DNA of 64,000 nt, from IMG/VR virus record IMGVR_UViG_3300028392_002123; one strand, 5' to 3'. This document shows positions 25,914-40,045 of the stretch, piece after piece. Position numbers and translations under genes: made by a program. Within the stretch, counting starts at the first letter, position 1. Every line of letters starts with the position of its first letter. Under the pieces are notes generated by a model. It saw nothing but the letters and a program-made list of their open reading frames with translations. It was not told where the DNA came from and searched no databases. This stretch comes from a virus. Taxonomy: Duplodnaviria > Caudoviricetes.

Positions 25914-28523
25914 TTATACGTATGTTAGTTTAATAGTTATTAAACCAGTGGCACCAGAAACACTATTTAAATTTACAACTACATCGATATAATCGTCAGT
26001 TAAATAATTCGGGTCGATGGTATATGTTGCTGTGCCAGATAATTGACTATCCGAGGTATGCATAAACAACTCATTATTTAAAGATGTTCCAAGGCTAATC
26101 GTACTGGGCTGTAATTTTGAAGTTACTCCGGTAACCGTTATAACAGCATTTTGGCCCGGGGTGCCAAGAAACGAACCAGGTATTGTTAGTGTTTGACCTT
26201 GACTGTGGCCACTACCTCCATTTAATGGTATTACAGATAATGTAAATGTTTGATTATCATAACTAACTCTGAAAGTAGCATTACCGCTGGTCCAAGTAGG
26301 AGAACTTACTGTTACTGCTGTGGGTACTGTATAAGTTCCTGGGGGATAAAAGAAAGCAGATCCTGAAGCACCGCCTGGTTGTTGTTGATATACAGGTTGG
26401 TCGAATGTTATTAAATACCAATTACCATAACTATACACCTGCTGAACAGCAGTGATATGAACTGCGCCTGGTGCAAATAAAGAAGTATAACTGCCGCCCG
26501 TAGCACCAACAACAGTCCAATTGGCAAAATTTGTTAACATATCACCTGTTGTATCAACGAGAGGACTGATCAATGCTTGATACGCCGTACCGTAAAGACT
26601 ACCCTGCTGAGTTCCGTACGCACCTTGAATTAAATTTGGATCACTTGGAGTTGGTGCAGTAAAGCTAGGGTTATATGCTACACTAACTGAATTAATAATA
26701 CCAGAGATTCTAGCCGGCTGTGCATTTTCAACATCAACGCCAATGTTTAATATTTTTCTTCCTGCACTAATTGCTCCTAAATTAATTGTGCCACTGGGTC
26801 TAGTTGCTAGATTAATAGAAGTTACAAGAGTTCTTGCGTCTGTTTCGTCACTGCGCTGATTACTGTGGCGTAACCAAGCAGAACCGTCCCATACATAAAT
26901 TGCCCAATCACCATGACCTGCGTCTAATACATAGGCTTGATCTCCTGGTAGCGGGTGTAATGCATCTCTAGATTCTATTGTCGGCACCATTGTAAGTAAA
27001 CTCGAACGTAGGCCTTGTTCAACATTTAAGCCAATTGCATAACGACCATTTTGTCCACTTAGCACACCAGCAGTACTTAAAAATATGCCCTGAGTGTCCA
27101 GCAATGTCATTGGGCCGCCATCGTCTCTGTACAAACGTAACGCACTGGTTGTTGTATTGGCAGGCACGCTTTCTGCCAAACTAGAAATACTGTTTGAACC
27201 TGCAAATTTATTTCCCTGTAAGTCATTGTTTAGATTAACTATGGTAATCGCATCACCTGCGTTCTGTCTTAGAATTATATTTCCGCTTTCATCTAAACTT
27301 GCAACCAAATCTGGTATATTGGCCGCATTGATATCTGCTACCATGTCCACTGCCGCTGCCACTGTTGGATCTCCGTATGTTGCTGAACCTGATGTTGTTG
27401 TTATAAAATTTACAGTAACACCATTAATACTTGCACTAAAAGGAACATAACCAGCTATAACACCCAAGGCACTACCGTTGGCTGCAATGTCGCTGGTAAT
27501 TATGTTAGCGGCACCTACTTTTATTGCTGTTATTTGTGTAGTTGCAGTCACAGCATTTATCTGAGTTATTGCTTCGTCTAATGTGTACGTGCCGGTGCCT
27601 GAACCCATCAATGTTATAGGCATTCTATTAATCTGTATAGTATCACCGTCTATGCCTGTGGGGTCTATACCAGTGCCGGTTGTTATAGTAGGAACAGCAT
27701 TGGAGATTTTAATGAATATTGGTTTATTAGATGCCGGATCTATGGTTAATACGCCAGATCCATCTACACTGGGATAAATGTAGTCCCCGATATCTCCCGG
27801 CAAAGTTGGAGCAAAATCGATGATACCATTGGAAGGTCGTAGTATAAACTGATTCGGACCTGGTCCTGCATATACTACTGTGCCAATGAATTTTTTTACA
27901 TTATTTGCATTTGTTATTTCAAAATTTTTATTTTCAATTGATATAGGATCGCCTTGTACAAAACCATGATTAGTTTTTTCTAATATATAATTGGTCAGTG
28001 GATTCATGTATTGGAATCTACTTTGTACATCACTGAAAAAGTTAACACTACTGCCGCCAGGTATAGGATCTAACATAGGCAAGCCTAGTTCATTTATTTG
28101 GAAGAATACCACTGTACCCGGAGTACCGAATAAGCCAAAACCTGTTGGGTCTCTAAATGTATTATAACGAAGTCTATCTTCTACTACAGCAACCAACGAA
28201 GTGTCGGTTTTAGAATTAATGCTTATTATTTCAAGTACTTTTCCGTCTTGGGAACCGGCAATAAAGTCTCCTACCTCGATATCATGCCCTGTAAAGCTAT
28301 AAGGTGTTCTAGTTAAATTACTGCCATGACCCACAGGAATTATAGTAAAACTTACTTCCCATTTATAAGCCTGTGGGTTAGTGCCGCCACTCCAATATGG
28401 ATCAGTGGCATCGTTGGCATATGGCCACAATGCAACCGGCCTAAAACTATCTGCAGAACCAGTTAGAACCTTAGGCGGTTTATTAATGCCTATAAAACTG
28501 GTTTTCCATGCATTAATTGACAT
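25914..28523 (-). CDS. Large virion structural (tail/baseplate-associated) protein
   Basis: 869 aa, Thr/Gly/Asn-rich, directly downstream of a collagen-like fibre gene. Confidence 0.55.
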   Translation of the reverse strand: MSINAWKTSFIGINKPPKVLTGSADSFRPVALWPYANDATDPYWSGGTNPQAYKWEVSFTIIPVGHGSNLTRTPYSFTGHDIEVGDFIAGSQDGKVLEIISINSKTDTSLVAVVEDRLRYNTFRDPTGFGLFGTPGTVVFFQINELGLPMLDPIPGGSSVNFFSDVQSRFQYMNPLTNYILEKTNHGFVQGDPISIENKNFEITNANNVKKFIGTVVYAGPGPNQFILRPSNGIIDFAPTLPGDIGDYIYPSVDGSGVLTIDPASNKPIFIKISNAVPTITTGTGIDPTGIDGDTIQINRMPITLMGSGTGTYTLDEAITQINAVTATTQITAIKVGAANIITSDIAANGSALGVIAGYVPFSASINGVTVNFITTTSGSATYGDPTVAAAVDMVADINAANIPDLVASLDESGNIILRQNAGDAITIVNLNNDLQGNKFAGSNSISSLAESVPANTTTSALRLYRDDGGPMTLLDTQGIFLSTAGVLSGQNGRYAIGLNVEQGLRSSLLTMVPTIESRDALHPLPGDQAYVLDAGHGDWAIYVWDGSAWLRHSNQRSDETDARTLVTSINLATRPSGTINLGAISAGRKILNIGVDVENAQPARISGIINSVSVAYNPSFTAPTPSDPNLIQGAYGTQQGSLYGTAYQALISPLVDTTGDMLTNFANWTVVGATGGSYTSLFAPGAVHITAVQQVYSYGNWYLITFDQPVYQQQPGGASGSAFFYPPGTYTVPTAVTVSSPTWTSGNATFRVSYDNQTFTLSVIPLNGGSGHSQGQTLTIPGSFLGTPGQNAVITVTGVTSKLQPSTISLGTSLNNELFMHTSDSQLSGTATYTIDPNYLTDDYIDVVVNLNSVSGATGLITIKLTYV

Positions 28524-28532
28524 TTATATTCC

Positions 28533-32828
<4,296 letters not shown>

Positions 32829-32829
32829 A

Positions 32830-33198
32830 TTATATACTCAACATAACTTTTGTTATATCACCTATTGATGATGTGTCTGACAGATAACTGCGGGTTTTTC
32901 TAAATCTTAGTAAAACAAAATTACCTGAAAAACTAAAGCTTTCTGTTCCTATCTTTGGAGTAGTATATTCCTTGTAAGGAATATTTCTATGCATCCATAT
33001 AGGAAACCAGTCTGCTTCGGTTGGATCTAATTCTAGTGTTCCTTCTATTTGTATTCTTCCGATAAAGTTGTTAAAACTAACTGCAAGCGTTTGGAATCCG
33101 TCTCTGTAACCATAGTAACCATCACCTCGTAGGGGATTACTAACTTGATCAGGTTGTCCGTTACCCAACATTAATGTTGCAACTGTTAAATTATTCAT
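32830..33198 (-). CDS. Hypothetical virion protein
   Basis: ORF at the head of the fibre operon. Confidence 0.5.
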   Translation of the reverse strand: MNNLTVATLMLGNGQPDQVSNPLRGDGYYGYRDGFQTLAVSFNNFIGRIQIEGTLELDPTEADWFPIWMHRNIPYKEYTTPKIGTESFSFSGNFVLLRFRKTRSYLSDTSSIGDITKVMLSI

Positions 33199-33365
33199 GT
33201 TTTCTCAACTTCTACTACAACAGAATCTCCAACTAGTTCCTGAGCTACTTGCTCTAGGGCTTGTTGAATATCAGCACCAGCGATTCCGCTGTGTGTGTCT
33301 GCATCGCTGTCTTTAACGATTTTACTGAATTTAATGATAATTACATCTTCTATGATCTTAGCCAT
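33195..33365 (-). CDS. Small hypothetical protein
   Basis: MAKIIED start with GGAG RBS, downstream of a TAAATA box at 33389-33384. Confidence 0.55.
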   Translation of the reverse strand: MAKIIEDVIIIKFSKIVKDSDADTHSGIAGADIQQALEQVAQELVGDSVVVEVEKT

Positions 33366-33392
33366 GTTGCCTCTCCAATACAATATTTAGCC

Positions 33393-33424
33393 AAAAAGAA
33401 AGGCGCAAACGAAATTGCGCCTTT
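33393..33424 (-). terminator. Rho-independent terminator
   Basis: 10-bp stem AAAGGCGCAA/TTGCGCCTTT (33399-33424) followed by a T-rich tract on the minus strand, just past the stop at 33443. Confidence 0.75.
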
Positions 33425-33442
33425 GCAAAACAGAGGATTATA

Positions 33443-34183
33443 TTATAATTCTGATACTAAAACTGCTTCTTCTACATGGGATACATACTCGTTTAGCCGT
33501 AATTTTGCCATCATCAAATCTATATCTTCATTGAAGTACACAGCTAGAGTTGTATTAGAAGTGCGCCAACTTGGCTTTTTATTCAATGTGTTTAGATTCA
33601 TGGCAAAGCACAATTCTAAGCCCACATTAGTTTTAGCCCTGTGCTCGTCGGGATACGTATCTTCCAGCCAAACTCTAAAATTGTACAGTTCTTCTTTTCT
33701 AAATTTAGCAGTATTTTTAATATACAGTTTGTATCTATACTGCTTATTAAACAGGCTTTTTCGAACACGGATTTTGTTGTCAATTTCCATGTACTCTGCA
33801 TGTTTGGGATTTAAAGGTCTGTATAACATTATAATATTAGAAACGATGCGATCCCTCAGCATCAATTCTAAGATTAGATTATCATTGAAGTACAAATTTA
33901 CAGTACAGCCTTCTTGCCTTATGCGATAGTCTAGCTTAGATTCTTGATATTCGTCGAGGATATTTCTAATAATACTAGTAATTTCAACATTGACATTATA
34001 ATAGTTAGAACGCCTTGCCCGCCAATTGTAATGACCGTTATTAATAAACGAAGTGCTGGCCTTTTCTTTGACTGCTTCAAACTGTAGCTTATGAGTATAC
34101 TTTTTATAAAAACTCTTTTGAGGAGTTCTTATTACAATATGGTTGGGTATTACCACTAACTCATTGGAATTCATAGTCTTCAC
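33443..34183 (-). CDS. Hypothetical protein
   Basis: 246-aa ORF overlapping the clpA stop. Confidence 0.55.
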   Translation of the reverse strand: MKTMNSNELVVIPNHIVIRTPQKSFYKKYTHKLQFEAVKEKASTSFINNGHYNWRARRSNYYNVNVEITSIIRNILDEYQESKLDYRIRQEGCTVNLYFNDNLILELMLRDRIVSNIIMLYRPLNPKHAEYMEIDNKIRVRKSLFNKQYRYKLYIKNTAKFRKEELYNFRVWLEDTYPDEHRAKTNVGLELCFAMNLNTLNKKPSWRTSNTTLAVYFNEDIDLMMAKLRLNEYVSHVEEAVLVSEL

Positions 34184-36353
34184 CGTTATAAGTTATTTTA
34201 ATGTTAACCCCCGACAGATTTTCAAAGACAATTTTCTTACTCAATGGCTTTTTAATTTTTTCTGCAATAATACGCTTCATAGGTCTTGCACCCATTTTTT
34301 CATCAAAGCCGTCTTCGATAAGTTTCAGTATTGCACCATCATCTAGTTCCAATGAAATATTCTTGGGTTCTAACAATTCGTTAATTTCGTTGATAAATTT
34401 AATTACAATCGGACGAATCATCGGTTTATCAAGTTTATTAAATTCGATGATAGAATCTAATCGATTTCTAAATTCCGGAGTAAAGTGTTTATTAACTGCT
34501 TCGATGCTGGCATTGCTGTTAGTACTGTTATCAAAGCCAATTTTATTTCTTTCACCTTCTCTTGCGCCCAAGTTAGAAGTTAGGATTAAAATAATGTTTC
34601 TGCAACTAACAGTTTTTCCACTGCTACTGGTCAGCATACCATTGTCCATAATGCCCAATAAGATATTAAGCACATCAGGGTGAGCTTTTTCAACCTCGTC
34701 TAAGAGCAATACAGCATTGGGTGTTTGTTCTAAGTCATTGATTAATTTGCCTGCGCCGCTGCCGCCTTCACCGTAGCCCACATAGCCAGGAGGTGCACCA
34801 ATCAAGCTGGCAACTTTATGACTTTCTATGTATTCACTCATGTCATAGCGTAATAGTTCCATGCCCAATACATTGGCCAGTTGTTGCGCTAGTTCAGTTT
34901 TACCAACACCTGTTGGACCAACAAACAAATAACTTCCCAAGGGTTTGGTTAGCTCCTTTAAACCTGCTTTACTGATATAAACAGCATCTAATAGTTTTTC
35001 CACGGCCTTGTCCTGCCCGAAAACTTTGGTCTTAATGTCGTGTTCATAGTTCACCGGCTTGTATTCGTTGAGCACTTCCATTTGTTCGATGGGTACCCTG
35101 GCTTGTTCGCTTACTTCTTTCTTGACCTGGTCAACAGTTAGGAATTTATCTAAGGCATCTATTTTTATCTTGGCCATGGCACTATCTAAAACATCCAGTG
35201 CTTTATCGGGCAAATATTTGTCGTGCATGTGTTTAACAGTTAAATCCACACAGGCATCGATGGCCAGGGTATCTACTTCAACTCCATGATAAAATTCATA
35301 TTGATGAATACTGCAATGTAGCATATTTTTACAGTCTTCAGGACTCATTTCATCTATGTCTAATTTAGTAAAACGACGAGCCAACGCACGATCCGGTTCA
35401 ATTGATTCCCTGTATTCTTCATAGGTAGTACTGCCAATGATTTGAATTTTTCCCTTGGTTAATGCTGGTTTGATCAAGTTTGCCATGTCTGTACTGCTTG
35501 ATCCTGCGGCACCTGCGCCAACAATGGTGTGTATTTCGTCAATGAATAAAATGACATTGTCTCTATTTTCTAGTATATCAAATACTTGTTTGACACGTTC
35601 TTCAAAATCTCCTCGATACTTAGTACCGGCCATTAATGCGCCCATGTCTAGATTATAGATAATATGTTCTTTAATTGTACCAGGAACATCATCTTCAACG
35701 ATACGTCTAGCCAAGCCTTCAACAATGGCAGTTTTACCTACCCCTGGATCTCCTACTAGGATTGCATTTTTCTTTTTACGTCTAGCTAGAATTTGTACAA
35801 GTTTTTCAACTTCCTCACTGCGGCCGATCAGCATGTCTATTTCTCCTGCTTCGGCATCTTTGTTTAAATTGATACAATATTCTTCTAGAACTTTTTCTTC
35901 TAATTTAGATTTTTTAGTTTCCACACGTTCCATTTTACCAATACTTTCCAGGAAAGTGTCTTTGGTAACGCCGTGTTCGTGCAGATAAAAATATGCATGA
36001 CTATGTTTTTCACTGAGAATACTTAACAGCATATCAGGCGGACTAATAGAAGCTCTTCCATTAAAAATAGCCTGGGTAAACGCACGATTGAATGAGCGTT
36101 CTAACGTCTGTGTTTTTCTGGGTTTAGTCAGTCCTGGGACAACTAGATCCTCAATGCCTTCTAAGAAATTTGTCAAGTCTTCTACTATTGGTTCTGGGGC
36201 AACGCTCATGACTGACAATGACTCTTGGATATCTTTGTGTTCTAATAGAACCAAAGTTAAATGTTCCAAAGTAACATATTCGTGTTCTTTGTTTAATGCC
36301 AAGCGAAATGCTTTTTCGACAATTTCGTTAATTTGTTGTTTATCTTCTTCCAT
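34161..36353 (-). CDS. clpA: Clp protease ATP-binding subunit, ClpA-like
   Basis: Clp N-domain (HEYVTLEHL), Walker A motifs GDPGVGKT and GPTGVGKT, RYDMSEY, LIGAPPGYVG, GARPMKR. Confidence 0.92.
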   Translation of the reverse strand: MEEDKQQINEIVEKAFRLALNKEHEYVTLEHLTLVLLEHKDIQESLSVMSVAPEPIVEDLTNFLEGIEDLVVPGLTKPRKTQTLERSFNRAFTQAIFNGRASISPPDMLLSILSEKHSHAYFYLHEHGVTKDTFLESIGKMERVETKKSKLEEKVLEEYCINLNKDAEAGEIDMLIGRSEEVEKLVQILARRKKKNAILVGDPGVGKTAIVEGLARRIVEDDVPGTIKEHIIYNLDMGALMAGTKYRGDFEERVKQVFDILENRDNVILFIDEIHTIVGAGAAGSSSTDMANLIKPALTKGKIQIIGSTTYEEYRESIEPDRALARRFTKLDIDEMSPEDCKNMLHCSIHQYEFYHGVEVDTLAIDACVDLTVKHMHDKYLPDKALDVLDSAMAKIKIDALDKFLTVDQVKKEVSEQARVPIEQMEVLNEYKPVNYEHDIKTKVFGQDKAVEKLLDAVYISKAGLKELTKPLGSYLFVGPTGVGKTELAQQLANVLGMELLRYDMSEYIESHKVASLIGAPPGYVGYGEGGSGAGKLINDLEQTPNAVLLLDEVEKAHPDVLNILLGIMDNGMLTSSSGKTVSCRNIILILTSNLGAREGERNKIGFDNSTNSNASIEAVNKHFTPEFRNRLDSIIEFNKLDKPMIRPIVIKFINEINELLEPKNISLELDDGAILKLIEDGFDEKMGARPMKRIIAEKIKKPLSKKIVFENLSGVNIKITYNGEDYEFQ

Positions 36354-36436
36354 AGGCCTTCAGTCTAAAATTTATAGTGTATTGTAACACTACAGATATT
36401 TAACTGTCAAGACTTATTCTTTGAGTTAGTAGTTAA

Positions 36437-36703
36437 TTACTTGCCAGCTTTATCAAAAATTTCTTTTTGAATGCCATACCATTCAATCCAAGTATCTAAT
36501 TTAACAGCACATTCGTAGTAGGCAGTATAATTGTTTACCACAGTTTTGGTTAGTTCACTGAACACCGTTGTTTCGGTTGGTATAGTCTGTAACTGTGGAC
36601 ATTTTACTTTGATAACATCGGGTGCATCTGGAAATTTAGTAGTCACAGGAACAGGACTAGCACAACCCGCCAACGCAAGAACTAATAATAAAGAATATTT
36701 CAT
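36437..36703 (-). CDS. Outer-membrane spanin (Rz1-like lipoprotein)
   Basis: Lipobox LAGC, Pro-rich, adjacent to the i-spanin-like gene. Confidence 0.65.
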   Translation of the reverse strand: MKYSLLLVLALAGCASPVPVTTKFPDAPDVIKVKCPQLQTIPTETTVFSELTKTVVNNYTAYYECAVKLDTWIEWYGIQKEIFDKAGK

Positions 36704-37143
36704 TTTGCTTCCTCTACAGTTTTATTTAATGCGGCCGCATTATGCGCCTTGACCACAGGAGCAGGTACAGGACAGGTATTGTCAAGTTTTGTAATTTCTC
36801 TATCAACATATTTAACAACTTCACTGCCAGGGATTCGAACTAGTTCTAATTTTTTAACAACTCGTTCTACAATTTTTACATTTTGTTTTTGACTTTCGGC
36901 CTCTGCTTTTGCTAACTTAGTTTCTACTTCTTTTACTTTAAGTTGCCAAGCATCATAGTCTGCAAGTCCGCCTTCGAGATATACTCCTAAAGATAATATA
37001 AGAATACTACAGACCTGAATAGCCAATCTATATGGCGCAATTTGAGGAATAAATGTCAAAACAAATCCAACAATTATTCCTAATATGCCGGCAATTACTA
37101 CTAAATGAATTGCCCAGTTAGGCAATATAGATAATATCCACAT
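36700..37143 (-). CDS. Inner-membrane spanin (Rz-like)
   Basis: N-terminal TM segments, coiled coil, C-terminal CPVP. Confidence 0.6.
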   Translation of the reverse strand: MWILSILPNWAIHLVVIAGILGIIVGFVLTFIPQIAPYRLAIQVCSILILSLGVYLEGGLADYDAWQLKVKEVETKLAKAEAESQKQNVKIVERVVKKLELVRIPGSEVVKYVDREITKLDNTCPVPAPVVKAHNAAALNKTVEEAK

Positions 37144-37146
37144 ACG

Positions 37147-37371
37147 TTATCCTTTGTATCTAAAAGTTATTCTGCCCTTGGTTAGATCATATGGGCTCAT
37201 TTCCACTTCCACTCTATCAAGATTTAATATATTGATATTGTGTTTTCTTATCTTACCGCTGATCACTGCGGTTATTACTACACCTGCATCTTTTAGTTTA
37301 ACCCTAAATGTTGCGTTGGGCAAACATTCAATTACTTGACCTTCCAGTTTAATTAATTCTTCTTTGCTCAT
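37147..37371 (-). CDS. infA: Translation initiation factor IF-1
   Basis: [53 protein letters not shown]. Confidence 0.93.
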   Translation of the reverse strand: MSKEELIKLEGQVIECLPNATFRVKLKDAGVVITAVISGKIRKHNINILNLDRVEVEMSPYDLTKGRITFRYKG

Positions 37372-37889
37372 CAGTAATTTAATAAAAATTTGAACCTAGA
37401 TTTAATCGACTCTTCTACTGCCTTTTGTTCTAGTTCTTCTGGCGTTTGGCCGTAAGTTGTGGGGTCAACATTAATGTGCGCGGCAAATGTTTCTTCATCG
37501 AAAGGTAAAGCATTCTGCAAGTCACTTGTGATAAATTTCCAATTTTTGATGGCACTTAATCTTTTGCTGTCATTCAAAATATCTTGTATGCTGGTAAATG
37601 CATTTGGATCTCTTTTTAGTTCGACATAAATTAAGTATCTGCCTTTGTCGTCGGTGGCAGGACTGACTTCAACATCTTCAAATTCTGCCACACCATGTTC
37701 GATGAATAGTGCAAGATCATTGGCAGGTTTTTGATCCTTAACCGGTATGGCTAAAACAATATAATCTCGATCTTCACCTAGTTTTGTTTTATGCATGTCA
37801 ATCATGACTTCGTCATAGACTAACCATTGTAGATCACCTTCGTGAAGGCTTTCATTAAGTTTGTTGTTCTTTGTTCTCGTCATTGGCAT
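37371..37889 (-). CDS. Hypothetical phage protein
   Basis: ORF track. The start may be slightly downstream. Confidence 0.55.
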   Translation of the reverse strand: MPMTRTKNNKLNESLHEGDLQWLVYDEVMIDMHKTKLGEDRDYIVLAIPVKDQKPANDLALFIEHGVAEFEDVEVSPATDDKGRYLIYVELKRDPNAFTSIQDILNDSKRLSAIKNWKFITSDLQNALPFDEETFAAHINVDPTTYGQTPEELEQKAVEESIKSRFKFLLNY

Positions 37890-38397
37890 TACCTTTTGCG
37901 GCTTCGTCGTCGTTTAAGTTTTCGTCATAGGCATTGGATACATCTTCCATGTCTACTTTTCCGCTACTTGTATCTACTTTGTCGGTTTGCATTTCGTCTA
38001 CAAAGTGACGTGGCATAGTTATTTTAACAACCCATACAGGAGCTTCTAAAATCTTAGCTTTTAATCTGCCGCGGTCATCTACTTCGTAGTCGTCATCGCC
38101 TTTAATTTTACCCACGTATTTTAGAATTTCTTTGCCGTACCAAACTTTACAGCCGTGGTCAACGAGACGTTCAGCACCTGCAGGATCTGGCATCATTTTG
38201 TAGGGATACATTAGTGTAACAGTGATCCAATATCTGTCAATTTTTGGACCATCGACAATTTCGCCTTTTAGCCAATTGTCAAATACATAAAGATCTAAAT
38301 TATCTAATGTACGCTCAAATTCCATGAGAATGTCCAAGACATTATCACTGCTAAAAGCCGTGTCCAAAGTGGTATATATTGTGTCGATATCAATCAT
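37855..38397 (-). CDS. Hypothetical phage protein
   Basis: 180-aa ORF preceded by TAAATA at 38408-38403. Confidence 0.6.
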   Translation of the reverse strand: MIDIDTIYTTLDTAFSSDNVLDILMEFERTLDNLDLYVFDNWLKGEIVDGPKIDRYWITVTLMYPYKMMPDPAGAERLVDHGCKVWYGKEILKYVGKIKGDDDYEVDDRGRLKAKILEAPVWVVKITMPRHFVDEMQTDKVDTSSGKVDMEDVSNAYDENLNDDEAAKGNANDENKEQQT

Positions 38398-38421
38398 GCA
38401 TATATTTAGCCGCAGATTTAA

Positions 38422-40044
38422 TTATCTTACTGTGGACTTTAATCTAGGATAAACCGCCCCAGTTGCGGGTCTAGTGCCATAGTTTTGTTTAGGAAATGTA
38501 GCACCTATACGTGTTGACGATAATAAATTGTAGATTATATCCGCTCTTGGGCTACCCAAACCTGTGGCCGCATCCCAGCCTGTTGTGGCCGCATAGCCAT
38601 TAACGCTACCTAAACCATGCCATGAATAGTTATTATAGCCCGTAGTAATATCTGTTACTGTATTGCTATTTCCATATAATAAAGTCATTAATTCACCGAA
38701 CTGTATTCTTCTTCCTAACAATTGATTTAATCTAGCAAATACTCCAGCAAGAAATGGCGCAGCCGCGCTGGTACCGCCATTTTGATTTAAACTTCCATTT
38801 ACATAAAAAGTATATCCAGTATAAGGATCTGCAGGTGCTGATATATCTGGAACACCTCTTCTGGTAACTACTGTGGGACTGCCTGTTTGTCCAGATTTAT
38901 TATATGTTGTGTAATATAAAGTAGGACTTGCTTGCCAAGTTGGCCTAGAGCTATAAGTGCTGATACCACCACCGCTGCCAGACCATACAGTTTCTGTGTT
39001 TAATGTGTTATCATTATTTAAAAAAATACTGGTCCCGCCGCTGGCAATTACATACTGACTACTAGCGGGATATTCTGCCTGCCAATTATTCCCGCCATCA
39101 TCGCCCGAGGAAAAAAATGTTAAAATACCTTTAGCAATACAAGACTGAAATGGCACGGCCAGATAGTCGCTGATATCTCCACCATATCCCCAGCTAACAG
39201 TTAACACACTGGGATTGTTTACATTGTCATTGGCAATGGCATTTACCATGTCGTAGAAACCTTGACTAGTATTCGGAGCATAATAAACTACTATTTTTGC
39301 TTTTGGCGCAACGGCGCCTGCACAATAAATATCCATCATTGTTTCAGCATCGCTGACTGTGGTAAATGTTGCACCATCTACAGAATAGTTTGTAACTGTG
39401 GGAGGTGTTAGTCCTACTTGTGTAAATGTTCTATTCACATCGGATTGATTCCATCCGCTACCTTGGAATTCTATGATTGCAATAGTTTGGCCTGCGCCGT
39501 CCCCTGCAGGAACTCGATATGCAGTGGCAACTTGAAGCGGGGTCACTGGATATTTGCTAGGATACGTGTTTGGAGCCGGACTAGGATCTGCATCACTGAC
39601 AGAAAAATTTCTAATTCTTGGTTGTACAGTAAGAGATTCATCAAATCCTAATACTAATTCTACAACAGCATCGATTTCTAAGGGAACAGTTATAGTGTCT
39701 TCATGAGTAAGATATGTTCTTGGACCATCGGTGACTGTTAATAATTGAATTTTGAAAAATGTATTGAACTGTTTAACACTACCTTCTATTTTCACCACAG
39801 CCATACCTTTATCGGATTCAACAACCAGTAATAAATTAGACCTTGCCCACTGCTCTACTAATTCAATTTCATCTTCAAGCGCACCAAATTGATAAACATA
39901 TTGATCATGATCTAATACCGGCTGTGTACCTGCAATAACACCGTCTGTATATTCTTTAAGAGTCATTCCGTTTTCATGTTTATCCCTTCGAAGATACACA
40001 CTGATAATTATTTTTTCATTTAAGTCTGCTAGAATAGATTGCAC
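38422..40044 (-). CDS. S53 (sedolisin/kumamolisin-like) serine peptidase with prodomain
   Basis: ETMMD (Glu/Asp), SSGDDG (oxyanion Asp), GGTSAAAP (Ser), RRGVPDISA and GWDAATGLGSP motifs. No signal peptide. Confidence 0.9.
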   Translation of the reverse strand: MQSILADLNEKIIISVYLRRDKHENGMTLKEYTDGVIAGTQPVLDHDQYVYQFGALEDEIELVEQWARSNLLLVVESDKGMAVVKIEGSVKQFNTFFKIQLLTVTDGPRTYLTHEDTITVPLEIDAVVELVLGFDESLTVQPRIRNFSVSDADPSPAPNTYPSKYPVTPLQVATAYRVPAGDGAGQTIAIIEFQGSGWNQSDVNRTFTQVGLTPPTVTNYSVDGATFTTVSDAETMMDIYCAGAVAPKAKIVVYYAPNTSQGFYDMVNAIANDNVNNPSVLTVSWGYGGDISDYLAVPFQSCIAKGILTFFSSGDDGGNNWQAEYPASSQYVIASGGTSIFLNNDNTLNTETVWSGSGGGISTYSSRPTWQASPTLYYTTYNKSGQTGSPTVVTRRGVPDISAPADPYTGYTFYVNGSLNQNGGTSAAAPFLAGVFARLNQLLGRRIQFGELMTLLYGNSNTVTDITTGYNNYSWHGLGSVNGYAATTGWDAATGLGSPRADIIYNLLSSTRIGATFPKQNYGTRPATGAVYPRLKSTVR

Positions 40045-40045
40045 A

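Noticed and set aside
38422-40044. S53 peptidase as the enzyme cutting the VAE linkers
   Set aside because: Sedolisins are not known as Glu-specific head maturation proteases; a T4 gp21-like prohead protease outside the window is the more plausible candidate.
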